Positions 48,444 through 57,237 of a stretch of 64,000 nucleotides of DNA are shown piece by piece (the stretch's first letter is position 1; each line of letters opens with the position of its first letter). This stretch comes from an uncultured Melioribacter sp. (GTDB taxonomy: Bacteria; Bacteroidota; Ignavibacteria; Kapaibacteriales; Kapaibacteriaceae): NCBI GenBank assembly GCA_964432155.1, contig CAYSMF010000009.1, forward strand, positions 4,106 to 68,105, read 5' to 3'. The notes beneath the pieces are model-generated. The model did no database searches. It was given only the letters and a program-made list of their open reading frames with translations, and was not told the origin of the DNA. Both the position numbers and the translations under genes were made by a program.

Positions 48444-49387
48444 GACATCGTAGGGTCGCCCTTGTCGCGGTTCAGGCGAACAGCCTGACGGACCATGGCT
48501 TCGAACACATCGCGCTTGACGTCGTTGACGTGACGGATCGTGATGTGACGCATCATGGTCAGATCGCCAACAAGTAAGCCGTCTGGATCGTCGAGCTCGA
48601 TGCCGCGCCAGAAGCCGAAGTTCACGTGATCGCTAAATGCCTTGATGTAGCAGACAGGTCCGTTCGACGAGAACACTGGTTGTGACCAGAGGATCGACTC
48701 GTCGATGTCTCCAGCACCTTGGCGAATGATCGCACGCAGTGTCGTGAGTACTTCGCGTTGCCATCCCTTGAAGTGTGCGATGTACGCATCGACATTGATG
48801 GCGTTGACTGGTGCCAGCACTGGTGCTGGCTCGTCCTTGACCTTTGGGGTGTCGTCGTAATCGCCGCGTGTAGCACGGCGTTGAAGTACCGACCCACGTG
48901 GAGCGCGCTCTTTCTTTTCACCGCCCTTGTCGCCATCGCGACGGCGGTCGTTGCGTTGTTGCTGTTGCGGACGCTGCTGTTGCTTTTGTGCATCGGCTGG
49001 AGCGCCCTCGCCAGCGGCTGGCTGCTCGCCATCACCGGCTGGTGCGGCTGCTGCATCGGCACCGCCCTGACCCGACTTCTTCTTGCGACGACGCTTGCGC
49101 TTCGAGCGCTCCTGTTCAGAGCCACTCTCAGAGCCACCGCCATCGGCCGATGCTGGTGCATCGTTGTCGTCGTCGCGATCGTTGCCGTCGTGTTGGTCTC
49201 CCGCATGCGCTGATGCGTCATCCGCACCCGATGCGTCGTGGCCAGGACGTGGCTGACCATCGCCTCCGCGGCGTCCACGCCCACGGCGGCGACGTCCACG
49301 GCGCCCTTCTCCGGAGCCCTGCTGGCCCCCTTCAGAGGATTCGTGTGATGATTGTGCTGCTGGTTGTTGTTCGTCTGCGTGCATCAT
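48440..49387 (-). CDS. DUF1801 (YdhG-like) domain protein with long charged low-complexity N-terminal extension
   Basis: C-terminal about 120 aa match the DUF1801 pattern (VDAYIAHFKGWQREVLTTLRAIIRQ..ILWSQPVF..VCYIKAFSDHVNFGFW..MMRHITIRHVNDV). Preceded by about 200 aa of RG-rich and D/E-rich low complexity (RRGRRRRGRGRRGG..SKRKRRRKKKSGQGG..QQQRPQQQQRNDRRRDGDKGGEKKE). Start is ATG 49387 or TTG 49423. Third-position codon usage matches neighbouring genes. Confidence 0.55.
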   Translation of the reverse strand: MMHADEQQPAAQSSHESSEGGQQGSGEGRRGRRRRGRGRRGGDGQPRPGHDASGADDASAHAGDQHDGNDRDDDNDAPASADGGGSESGSEQERSKRKRRRKKKSGQGGADAAAAPAGDGEQPAAGEGAPADAQKQQQRPQQQQRNDRRRDGDKGGEKKERAPRGSVLQRRATRGDYDDTPKVKDEPAPVLAPVNAINVDAYIAHFKGWQREVLTTLRAIIRQGAGDIDESILWSQPVFSSNGPVCYIKAFSDHVNFGFWRGIELDDPDGLLVGDLTMMRHITIRHVNDVKRDVFEAMVRQAVRLNRDKGDPTMS

Positions 49388-49463
49388 GTGCGTATTGGTA
49401 CGGGTCGACGTGATAAGCCACAAATATACGGAATGCCCGGGCGGGCTTGGTGTCTAAGTTTGC

Positions 49464-50135
49464 ATGATGAAGCACTCCCTGTATCTCATTGCGCTGGTTG
49501 TGGTTGCGTGCGCCGGCGCGGTGCCACTTGTGGCCCAGGTTACCGTCGGTGGTACGGTGTATTCCCATGCACTTTCGCTCTCGGGCGATTATCCGGATGA
49601 TCAGACAATCTCGACGCAGTTGGGGTACGGAATCGGCGCTGTGGTAGCCTATCACATCGCATCCGAGGTGGAGTTCATGATCGAGCCATCGTTCGATCTT
49701 CGGCGTGGCCGCATTACCGAAACGCTCCGCACATCGTCGTCGGAGGCCCCCTACGACACCACGCTTGCAACAATTCGTGTGTCATCGCTTGCTCTGCCGA
49801 TTGGCGTGCGGATATGGTCGCACGCTCGAACATGGGTGTTTACCAGTGGCATCATGATGCGCCTGGCAACCCATGGTACGCGTAAGGCAGGGGGCGGACA
49901 GGAAACGTCACTTGAGCGCGACCTGGCAAACGTTGAGGTAGGGTTGTATCTCGGGGCAGGATACCGGTTCAACATAGGTGAGCTTAGTGTGATGCCGGAG
50001 ATCAGATACGAACAGGGAATCTCCAACGTTCTGCGTGGCACATCGGTACAAGGACTACCACCTGCACCGATCATGCGCACGAATGGCTTTGGGCTCCGCG
50101 TTGCGTGTCAGTATACCTTTGGGGGTGGCCAATGA
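49464..50135 (+). CDS. Outer-membrane beta-barrel protein (small porin-like, PorT/OmpA-like family)
   Basis: ATG start. SP MMKHSLYLIALVVVACAGAVPLVAQ. Alternating amphipathic beta strands. 223 aa. Confidence 0.5.
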   Translation: MMKHSLYLIALVVVACAGAVPLVAQVTVGGTVYSHALSLSGDYPDDQTISTQLGYGIGAVVAYHIASEVEFMIEPSFDLRRGRITETLRTSSSEAPYDTTLATIRVSSLALPIGVRIWSHARTWVFTSGIMMRLATHGTRKAGGGQETSLERDLANVEVGLYLGAGYRFNIGELSVMPEIRYEQGISNVLRGTSVQGLPPAPIMRTNGFGLRVACQYTFGGGQ

Positions 50136-51106
50136 CAATCATGCGTTTCATCCTCGCGTCATGCGTCGCACTCGTATGCGCACTCACCACAGCCTCACAC
50201 ACGGCCTATGCCAGCGACACTGCCGGTGAATCGGTGATTGGTCCGGTGTTGGGCGGACACCTCTTTCAGCCATTGGTTGGACATCAAATGCCGTTTGTGA
50301 TGAGCTCCACGCGGCTTACGCTTGGTGGGGGTATCACGAGCAATCTCAAACTCCCGATCGTGCGCATTGGTCAGCGTATCGTACTTGCGCCCGAGGGAAG
50401 TCTTGCATTTATCGCTACCGGTGCAGAGCACGAACAACGTATCAAGGACTGGCTCTCCGTATACGTTGGTGTTGATGTAGTTGGACGACTTGGTACCGAT
50501 GTGAAGGCGCTGCTCAGTCAGGGCGTCAATGCCGTGACATCATTTGATCTCGGCTGGAAGGTTCGTGCATATCGTTCCGAGCGTCTCATGTTGACGATGT
50601 CGCTTGATCTGGTCAATGGCAGCGTAACCACGGTGGATGTTGATCGATGGGTGCGTGGGATCGTCGATAGTGGTGGTGTGACATCGACGAATCCACTTGT
50701 TGATACGAAGCCAACAATTACCACTGGTCTGACCGCACATTGCGCCTATGCGGTGAGTGCTGCACTCGGGCTTACGGCGAATGTCTCTGGTGTGTATGGG
50801 GAGTCGGCCATTCGTGGCGGTGCGTCACAGATATTTATCAATGCTGGAGCCACAGCGAATCTCGATTTCCGTCCACTCGTTGGCATACCGGTAGCGACAA
50901 CGATTGGAATCGCCTACCGACAGAATCCGTCCGTTGATGATGCCTCGACACGATCAAGTGCGCTTGTTGCTTCGATGCGTATTGGCACAACGGTATCCCA
51001 ACACTTTGCGTTGGGTGCTCAGGTTAACGCACAGAATGGTGAAATAGGAAACGGCACCCACGTTCTTGCGATCGGGGGTGCCGTTGATATGCGATTCTAC
51101 TACTAA
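50132..51106 (+). CDS. Hypothetical outer-membrane beta-barrel protein
   Basis: ATG 50132 overlaps the upstream stop (ATGA). SP MTIMRFILASCVALVCALTTASHTAYA. Ends ..VDMRFYY (aromatic OMP C-terminus). Confidence 0.5.
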   Translation: MTIMRFILASCVALVCALTTASHTAYASDTAGESVIGPVLGGHLFQPLVGHQMPFVMSSTRLTLGGGITSNLKLPIVRIGQRIVLAPEGSLAFIATGAEHEQRIKDWLSVYVGVDVVGRLGTDVKALLSQGVNAVTSFDLGWKVRAYRSERLMLTMSLDLVNGSVTTVDVDRWVRGIVDSGGVTSTNPLVDTKPTITTGLTAHCAYAVSAALGLTANVSGVYGESAIRGGASQIFINAGATANLDFRPLVGIPVATTIGIAYRQNPSVDDASTRSSALVASMRIGTTVSQHFALGAQVNAQNGEIGNGTHVLAIGGAVDMRFYY

Positions 51107-51116
51107 GCGTTGCGGC

Positions 51117-51290
51117 TTACTTTTCCTTGTCAGCTGCCACAGATGCTTGGTTGTACGGTGTGATCAACTTCTTGATCCCACTCGCAGCTTTGCGAGCTTG
51201 CGCTGCACCTTTCTTTGTTGTTGCGTTGTGTCCCTCTTGGAACTGGGCAAACAGGGCAACGATTTGCTCGTAGAGCTCTTGCTTTGACAT
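51117..51290 (-). CDS. Small basic histone H1-like nucleoid protein (57 aa; not in ORF track)
   Basis: Found by manual translation: MSKQELYEQIVALFAQFQEGHNATTKKGAAQARKAASGIKKLITPYNQASVAADKEK. Lys/Ala-rich, resembles Bacteroidetes-type histone H1-like proteins. GAGGA RBS 8 nt upstream of ATG. Confidence 0.5.
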   Translation of the reverse strand: MSKQELYEQIVALFAQFQEGHNATTKKGAAQARKAASGIKKLITPYNQASVAADKEK

Positions 51291-51322
51291 TGCGGATTCC
51301 TCAGTGAAATGAACATTAAGCT

Positions 51323-51352
51323 CGTGATCGAGTCAGATCACAGATCCATTAT
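51323..51352 (-). promoter_or_regulatory. Putative promoter -10 (TATAAT) and perfect palindrome GTGATC-N6-GATCAC in the leader of the histone-like gene
   Basis: The minus strand reads ..cgtacgTATAATggatctGTGATCtgactcGATCACgagc.. about 35-60 nt upstream of the ATG. No clear -35. Confidence 0.3.
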
Positions 51353-51385
51353 ACGTACGAAATTCGGAATTGGCGCACTTGACTT

Positions 51386-52510
51386 TTACTCAAATGGATG
51401 ATCGCGGACAGCTGGAATGCGCATCTTGATGAGCTTCTCAATGTCGCGCAGCTGCGAGCGATCCTCTGGAGTTGCAAGTGTAAGTGCTACGCCAACGTTA
51501 CCCGCACGACCTGTTCGGCCGATACGGTGGACGTAGGTTTCAGGTGATTCCGGTACGTCGTAATTCACCACATATGGTAGCGAGCTGATATCAATACCAC
51601 GTGCTGCGATGTCTGTAGCGACAAGTACGCGCATGCGACCGTTCTTGAAATCTTGCAGTGCACGTTGACGAGCCATTTGTGACTTATCACCGTGGATCGC
51701 TGCTACGCGCATACCGACCTTCTCGAGGTCGCGAGCTACACGGTCGGCACCACGCTTCGTGCGTGTGAACACGAGCACTGATCCCTCGAGATCTTCCTTG
51801 AGCAAGTGTGCAAGCAGTGCGCGCTTGTGATCGCGTTCTACAAAGTACAGACGCTGATCAACCTTTTCCGTTGTTGGCTTCTCTGGCGTTACAGACACGT
51901 TCACAGGGTTTGTGAGGATCGTGTGTGCAAGCGAGCGAATTTCATTCGGCAGAGTTGCCGAGAAGAACAACGTCTGACGTTGTTCTGGGACAAGCTTGAT
52001 GATTTGCTTGATCGATGGCATGAAGCCCATGTCGAGCATGCGGTCTGCCTCGTCGAGCACGAGCGTGTGGACCTTATCGAGACGAAGTGCACGGTGATCG
52101 ATCACGTCGAGCAAGCGACCAGGTGTTGCGATGACGATGTCGACGCCACGGCGAATGTTATCAATCTGTGGACGGATGCTGACGCCACCGAGAAGAACAA
52201 CAGTGCGAATACGCATGCCCTTTGCATAGGTCATGATATTCTCGTTGATCTGGATAGCAAGTTCACGTGTTGGTGCAAGAATGAGCACGCGCGGACCGAA
52301 TTTAACCGGACCTTCGTTGAACAAGCGGTGAAGGATTGGCAAGCTGAATGCAGCTGTCTTGCCAGTACCTGTTTGGGCGATGCCAAACACGTCCTGACCC
52401 GTCATGACAACGGGAATAGCTTGCTCTTGAATTGGTGTGGGTGTTACATACCCAGCGTTGTGTACGGCCTTTTCAAGTGGCGCGCACAATTTCAAATCGG
52501 CAAAGGTCAT
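51386..52510 (-). CDS. DEAD-box ATP-dependent RNA helicase (RhlE-like, no C-terminal extension)
   Basis: ATG start. Q-motif, AQTGTGKT, PTRELA, DEAD (VLDEADRMLDMGF), SAT, HRIGRTGRAG. 374 aa. Confidence 0.9.
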   Translation of the reverse strand: MTFADLKLCAPLEKAVHNAGYVTPTPIQEQAIPVVMTGQDVFGIAQTGTGKTAAFSLPILHRLFNEGPVKFGPRVLILAPTRELAIQINENIMTYAKGMRIRTVVLLGGVSIRPQIDNIRRGVDIVIATPGRLLDVIDHRALRLDKVHTLVLDEADRMLDMGFMPSIKQIIKLVPEQRQTLFFSATLPNEIRSLAHTILTNPVNVSVTPEKPTTEKVDQRLYFVERDHKRALLAHLLKEDLEGSVLVFTRTKRGADRVARDLEKVGMRVAAIHGDKSQMARQRALQDFKNGRMRVLVATDIAARGIDISSLPYVVNYDVPESPETYVHRIGRTGRAGNVGVALTLATPEDRSQLRDIEKLIKMRIPAVRDHPFE

Positions 52511-52770
52511 TGACCTTTCCTCCTATGTAATGGGAACTATGTCGGTCGAGATCTCTCGCGCAGATTGCTTGTCTGCCAGTTGCGACCGAATTCACCAAAA
52601 ACACAGGGGAGGACGGAGCAGAGAGAAACGTAACCGTGATGCTTACCGCATCGTTGACGCACAAAGGTACGAAGAATTGTCTTTGTGACGTTTATCACGC
52701 CACAACTAGCGTGCCAAGTGTGAGTTTTGTATGCGATGAAGCAACCATTGTCTGATACAGGAACACCATC

Positions 52771-53190
52771 ATGACTACACATCATAGCAGCGTTGACTGG
52801 AAACACGGTCTCACGTTCGATGCGCATCAGAATGAACAGACGTTCACGCTAGTGTCGTCGACACACGGTGAAGATGCGGAACCCGGCATCAGTCCGAAGA
52901 ACATGTTGTTGACCGCGCTGGCAGGCTGCACTGCGATGGATGTGGCATCGCTCCTGCCGAAGATGCGCGTTCCATTTACATCACTCCGTGTGCGTGTCGA
53001 TGGACACCTTACGGACGAGCATCCTCGCGTGTATGAACGCATTCACATGGTCTACGAGGTTGGCACATCCGATGAGTTTCGTCCGCAAGTAGAACGCGCA
53101 ATTGCGAAGTCAACGGAAACCTACTGTGGTGTGCATGCAATGCTGAGCAAGGGCTCAACGATCACGCACGATCTTGTCTTCGTCGGCTGA
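52771..53190 (+). CDS. OsmC/Ohr family peroxiredoxin-like protein
   Basis: ATG start. OsmC fold with the two conserved Cys (..LAGCTAMD.. and ..TETYCGVHAML..). 139 aa. Confidence 0.8.
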   Translation: MTTHHSSVDWKHGLTFDAHQNEQTFTLVSSTHGEDAEPGISPKNMLLTALAGCTAMDVASLLPKMRVPFTSLRVRVDGHLTDEHPRVYERIHMVYEVGTSDEFRPQVERAIAKSTETYCGVHAMLSKGSTITHDLVFVG

Positions 53191-53835
53191 GTCGCGACGA
53201 CCAAGCACGGATTGGAGCATCATATCGAGTTCGTCAAATGGTGCGAACCCGTATGACAGCACATGCACATTGTCGTTGTGTTCAAGCAGAAGCGTAGGGA
53301 AGCCTTCGATACCAAGCGACTGAACATACTCGAACTCGTCGTTGAGCGCGTCCGACATTTGTTCGGATGACATCAGCGTGAGAAAGCTCTCGGGCTCAAT
53401 GTCGAATGCAATAGCCATGCGCCGATACGTGTCGCTTTCATTCAGATCAAGTCCATCGCGATATAGCGCTTGATGCAGCCAGTGCGCCGCAGCGAGCGAT
53501 GCATCGGGATGCAATGCTCGATAGCTCAGGAGCGCAAGACCAGGCATACGCGAGTCCAGCATCATCGAGCCATCAGGCAGTACCTGCGTGAGGAACCGTT
53601 CGCCAAAGGTTACGCCACAGCGGTCTTCGATCGTGCGATAGGACGATGCGATCAATTCAGCTTTCGCTGCGATGGGTTGTACCCGATCGCCAGTGAGCAT
53701 GCCGCCAGCGTACACATGCAGGTCGAGTGCCGACCCCCACGCGCGATGGAGCCGCGCTAGCGTTGGCTCGAAGCCAAAGCACCAACCGCAGAGCGTATCC
53801 TGAAAGTAATGGAGTGCCGGACGTTCGACGATCAT
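53155..53835 (-). CDS. DsbA-like thioredoxin-fold protein (FrnE / 2-hydroxychromene-2-carboxylate isomerase family)
   Basis: ATG start. CxxC active site DTLCGWCFG near the N-terminus. 226 aa. The 3' end overlaps the convergent OsmC gene by 36 nt. Confidence 0.7.
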   Translation of the reverse strand: MIVERPALHYFQDTLCGWCFGFEPTLARLHRAWGSALDLHVYAGGMLTGDRVQPIAAKAELIASSYRTIEDRCGVTFGERFLTQVLPDGSMMLDSRMPGLALLSYRALHPDASLAAAHWLHQALYRDGLDLNESDTYRRMAIAFDIEPESFLTLMSSEQMSDALNDEFEYVQSLGIEGFPTLLLEHNDNVHVLSYGFAPFDELDMMLQSVLGRRDSADEDKIVRDR

Positions 53836-55061
53836 GCAAGACGCTTGCTGAGTTCCTGATCAAGCGCGTCAAGGAACTCCTCTGTGTAGAGGTAGTGCTC
53901 GCCGTGATTGACCTTATTGCCGTAGATACATACAGCAAGGTCCTTCGTCATGCGACCGCTTTCGACGACGTCGACGCATACGCGTTCGAGTGTCTGGCAG
54001 AAGTTGATGAGCGCTTCGTTGTTGTCAAGGCGCCCACGGAACTCAAGTCCGCGTGTCCATGCGAAGATCGACGCAATCGGATTCGTCGATGTCGGCTTGC
54101 CCTTCTGGTGCTCGCGATAGTGGCGCGTCACAGTGCCGTGCGCTGCCTCGGCCTCCATCGTTCCGCCATCTGGCGTGACAAGTGTTGACGTCATCATGCC
54201 CAGCGAACCGAAACCTTGCGCGACCGTATCGCTTTGAACGTCACCGTCGTAATTCTTACATGCCCATACAAAGTTGCCGTTCCACTTCAGTGCGGCTGCA
54301 ACCATGTCGTCGATGAGTCGGTGTTCGTAGGTGATTCCTGCTTCGGCAAACTGCGCTGCGAATTCCGCATCGAACACCTCTTGGAAGATGTCCTTGAAGC
54401 GTCCGTCGTACTTTTTGAGAATCGTGTTCTTTGTCGACAAGTAGAGCGGCCAGCGCTTCATGAGCGCCTGATTCATGCAGGCGCGTGCGAAGCCACGGAT
54501 TGAGTCGTCAGTGTTGTACATCGCCAGTGCGACACCATCACCCTTAAAGTCGTACACATCGAACGACTGCACATCAGAACCATCTTCAGGCGTAAAGGTA
54601 ATCGTCAGCTTGCCCTTGCCCTTTGTCACGAAGTCTGTAGCACGATACTGATCACCGAATGCGTGGCGACCAATGCAGATTGGTGCAGTCCAGTTCGGAA
54701 CCAATCGCGGAACGTTTGTGCATACGATCGGCTCGCGGAACACTGTTCCATCAAGGATGTTACGAATCGTACCGTTCGGCGACTTCCACATCTTCTTCAG
54801 GCCGAATTCAGCAACGCGTGCTTCATCAGGTGTGATCGTTGCACACTTGATACCAACGTTGTACTTCTTTATCGCCTCGGCGGCATCAATCGTTACCTGA
54901 TCATTCGTCGCATCACGGTGTTCGATACCAAGATCGTAGTACTTGATGTCGAGCTCAAGGTAGGGGAGAATCAACTTGTCCTTGATGAACTTCCAGATGA
55001 TGCGCGTCATTTCGTCGCCATCAAGCTCGACGACTGGGTTGGTAACCTTGATTTTTGCCAT
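53832..55061 (-). CDS. icd: NADP-dependent isocitrate dehydrogenase, eukaryote-like subfamily II (409 aa)
   Basis: Extensive identity to IDH1/IDH2-type enzymes: [74 protein letters not shown]. Confidence 0.92.
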   Translation of the reverse strand: MAKIKVTNPVVELDGDEMTRIIWKFIKDKLILPYLELDIKYYDLGIEHRDATNDQVTIDAAEAIKKYNVGIKCATITPDEARVAEFGLKKMWKSPNGTIRNILDGTVFREPIVCTNVPRLVPNWTAPICIGRHAFGDQYRATDFVTKGKGKLTITFTPEDGSDVQSFDVYDFKGDGVALAMYNTDDSIRGFARACMNQALMKRWPLYLSTKNTILKKYDGRFKDIFQEVFDAEFAAQFAEAGITYEHRLIDDMVAAALKWNGNFVWACKNYDGDVQSDTVAQGFGSLGMMTSTLVTPDGGTMEAEAAHGTVTRHYREHQKGKPTSTNPIASIFAWTRGLEFRGRLDNNEALINFCQTLERVCVDVVESGRMTKDLAVCIYGNKVNHGEHYLYTEEFLDALDQELSKRLA

Positions 55062-55158
55062 GGGGCGTGCGGAGTTGGGTACAACAAGTGAAAAAGCTCT
55101 GCAATCTACGGCAGGGCTGGAGATTTGCCGATGAGAATACGTTCATCAATCTGCGCTG

Positions 55159-56094
55159 CTAGCGCTTGAGGATGTCTTCTGCGGCATCAAGGGCCGAAAT
55201 GATCGCCCCCTCGACACGTGAACCGCCAAATGCATCGCCAATGACGATGAGCGGGGGCTGGTCGACAGCACGCAGGAATGTAGACTCGGTGGTCGTGATT
55301 GGGCGACTAAACTTCCAGGCGTGTACGTCGATGTCGGTGACTCCTTCGAGTGCGTCGCCGAACACACAGGCTGCGAGGTGCTTGGCAACATCACTTCGAT
55401 CGGTATCCCACATACGCTCGGAGAATTCGGGAGTCGCATGAATGGTATAGGCAGGAGATTCCGAGATGCCCTTGTCGTAGTTATCGCCAATGTAGGCGAC
55501 GTCCGGGTGCGTTATTGCCCGCACATCATGTGGAGATGTTCTTCGTACAAGTGATGCAATGCAGCGTTCGTACGTGATCGATGCTAGGACTGTATGCACG
55601 TGTTCATTCAGCACCACGTTGCCGTTGCTGAGTAGTTGTACTGTCTGAGGCACAGGTGCACTGGAGACAATAGCATTGGCGGTGAAGTTGCTGCCATCAG
55701 CGCACCGAACGGTCCATGACGTGCCGTCGTGTTCGAGTGATGTCACTTCCATGCTTGTTCGGACATCCGAGCCTGCCGCTACTGCTGCAACGATGCTCGA
55801 CATGCCATACACACCGCAATAGCGTGGCAGACCATCACTGCTTGCACGGAACCACTCACGTACGACGCCGTCGGCGACAAGCTGTGCAAACATCTTCTGG
55901 ACGCGTTCATCGCGCACAGTAATGAACTGTGCGCCGTGATCGTACCGCACGCCCTCGCGTCGACGTGTCGACATCCGTCCGCCGACTCCACGCCCCTTAT
56001 CAAGCACGAGCGTATGCTTGCCGGCTGCAGTGAGAAGTTGTGCGAGTGTAACGCCGGAAATGCCGGCTCCAATGATGATGATGTCGAAGTGCAA
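55159..56094 (-). CDS. NAD(P)/FAD-dependent oxidoreductase (renalase/amine-oxidase-like)
   Basis: TTG start. Dinucleotide-binding N-terminus MHFDIIIIGAGISGVTLAQLL. 311 aa. Confidence 0.7.
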   Translation of the reverse strand: MHFDIIIIGAGISGVTLAQLLTAAGKHTLVLDKGRGVGGRMSTRRREGVRYDHGAQFITVRDERVQKMFAQLVADGVVREWFRASSDGLPRYCGVYGMSSIVAAVAAGSDVRTSMEVTSLEHDGTSWTVRCADGSNFTANAIVSSAPVPQTVQLLSNGNVVLNEHVHTVLASITYERCIASLVRRTSPHDVRAITHPDVAYIGDNYDKGISESPAYTIHATPEFSERMWDTDRSDVAKHLAACVFGDALEGVTDIDVHAWKFSRPITTTESTFLRAVDQPPLIVIGDAFGGSRVEGAIISALDAAEDILKR

Positions 56095-56157
56095 GAGGTG
56101 CTGGCCGTATATTGTGTGCGCAAGTTACCAACGTTCATTCATTCAGTTGAGGCTGCC

Positions 56158-56511
56158 ATGTCGACACAGTTTGTACGCATTGTCGCGAGCATCTTGCTCG
56201 TATCGTTTGTCATGATCGGATGCTCGAGCACAACGCTCATTACATCAGATCCTCCTGGAGCAAAGCTCTCCATTAACGGCGTGTCGGTAGGGAAGACGCC
56301 ATATACGCACTCAGATACGCGTATCGTTGGCTCGACGCTGTTGATCAAGCTTGAGAAGGACGGCTACGAGACGCTGAACACGTCGATCTCACGTGACGAA
56401 CGTGTTGACGTGGGTGCGATTGTCGGCGGAATCTTCTTCCTTGTGCCGTTCCTGTGGACGATGCAGTACAACCCGCAGCATAGCTACGAGCTGTCGCCGC
56501 TGAAGAAGTAG
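56158..56511 (+). CDS. PEGA-domain lipoprotein
   Basis: ATG 56158 (the track ORF starts far upstream). Lipobox FVMIGCSS. PEGA motif PPGAKLSINGVSVGKTPY. C-terminal hydrophobic helix. Confidence 0.6.
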   Translation: MSTQFVRIVASILLVSFVMIGCSSTTLITSDPPGAKLSINGVSVGKTPYTHSDTRIVGSTLLIKLEKDGYETLNTSISRDERVDVGAIVGGIFFLVPFLWTMQYNPQHSYELSPLKK

Positions 56512-56558
56512 TATCGACCCTATGTGGTCGATACCTTACCCCTTACGGGCGATGTCTG

Positions 56559-56652
56559 CAACCCGCACGGGCGACCACATTTGGCGCAAACCCGCAAGGG
56601 CCACATTTATAACCCGTACGGGCGACCACATAGGGTCGCCCGTACGGGTTTT
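56559..56652 (+). repeat. Array of three about 22-bp direct repeats (AACCCGyAmGGGCGACCACAT) whose last copy pairs with an inverted copy to form a 17-bp-stem terminator hairpin
   Basis: Unit A 56559-56581 aacccgcacgggcgaccacattt. Unit B 56588-56608 aacccgcaagggccacattta. Unit C 56610-56632 aacccgtacgggcgaccacatag. Inverted copy 56633-56649 ggtcgcccgtacgggtt followed by ttcatttcattt. A partial inverted copy ctatgtggtcga lies at 56519-56530 inside another 8-bp hairpin (tatcgacc..ggtcgata). Confidence 0.6.
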
Positions 56653-56663
56653 CATTTCATTTG

Positions 56664-56737
56664 CGGCCTCGAGAGGAATCGAACCTCCGACCCACGCTTT
56701 AGGAAAGCGTCGCTCTATCCGACTGAGCTACGAGGCC
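56664..56737 (-). tRNA. tRNA-Arg (anticodon CCU)
   Basis: Manual fold: acceptor GGCCTCG/CGAGGCC, D stem GCTC/GAGC, anticodon stem ACGCT/AGCGT with loop TTCCTAA (anticodon CCT), 5-nt variable loop, T stem GGAGG/CCTCT with TTCGATT loop, discriminator G. 74 nt. Confidence 0.85.
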
Positions 56738-56758
56738 GTGCACAGAATGTGCTGCGAA

Positions 56759-57223
56759 TTAGTTGACAGAGTCGCTACCAAGGAGCGAGCTGCGATTACC
56801 GCTCGGGAGCAGAGGATTCTGATTCATAATGTATGCGGTAATGAGCGACTTCATTTCGTGCGCTCCAACATGACGGTCGTGTCCCATCACGACGGCACGC
56901 TCAAGAAGATTCTCAACATCCTCTGATGCGAGGAAGCCATGCTCGTGATACGTCATCAGCATGCCCCATGCCTCTGGCGAGAGAAGCTCGCGTTCGATGC
57001 CATGCAGAATGCGGAAACCGTCGTGATCGATACCCTCGAGCTCATCGCGATCTGCGCGACGTTCGATCATCCATGAAATCGCAGCAGCGATTTCAGAATC
57101 GGTGTACCCTTGGTCGTGCAATTGTCGCGTGTCGATCGATGCAAGCGCTGCCCCAGCCATGTGGCCGGTGATTAGATCAGCGATGATGTCGAGTACACGT
57201 TCAACAGAGTACTGAGTGTTCAT
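56759..57223 (-). CDS. DUF494 (Smg-like) family protein, tentative
   Basis: ATG start; 154 aa acidic protein. Weak resemblance to Smg/DUF494 (..LSPEAWGMLMTYHEHGFLASEDVENLLERAVVM..). Assignment is uncertain. Confidence 0.35.
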   Translation of the reverse strand: MNTQYSVERVLDIIADLITGHMAGAALASIDTRQLHDQGYTDSEIAAAISWMIERRADRDELEGIDHDGFRILHGIERELLSPEAWGMLMTYHEHGFLASEDVENLLERAVVMGHDRHVGAHEMKSLITAYIMNQNPLLPSGNRSSLLGSDSVN

Positions 57224-57237
57224 AGGCAGGGTGGTGG

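Noticed and set aside
48622-49413. Three overlapping ORFs (48622..49299 minus, 48719..49213 plus, 48898..49413 plus) in other frames of the low-complexity region.
   Set aside because: They are artefacts of the repetitive GC-rich RG/DE-coding sequence. Only the frame that continues into the conserved DUF1801 domain is supported.
51105-51125. Short inverted repeat GTAAGC-gttgcg-GCTTAC spanning the stop codons of the convergent OMP and histone-like genes.
   Set aside because: A 6-bp stem is too weak to call a terminator confidently. I note it only as a possible compact bidirectional stop signal.
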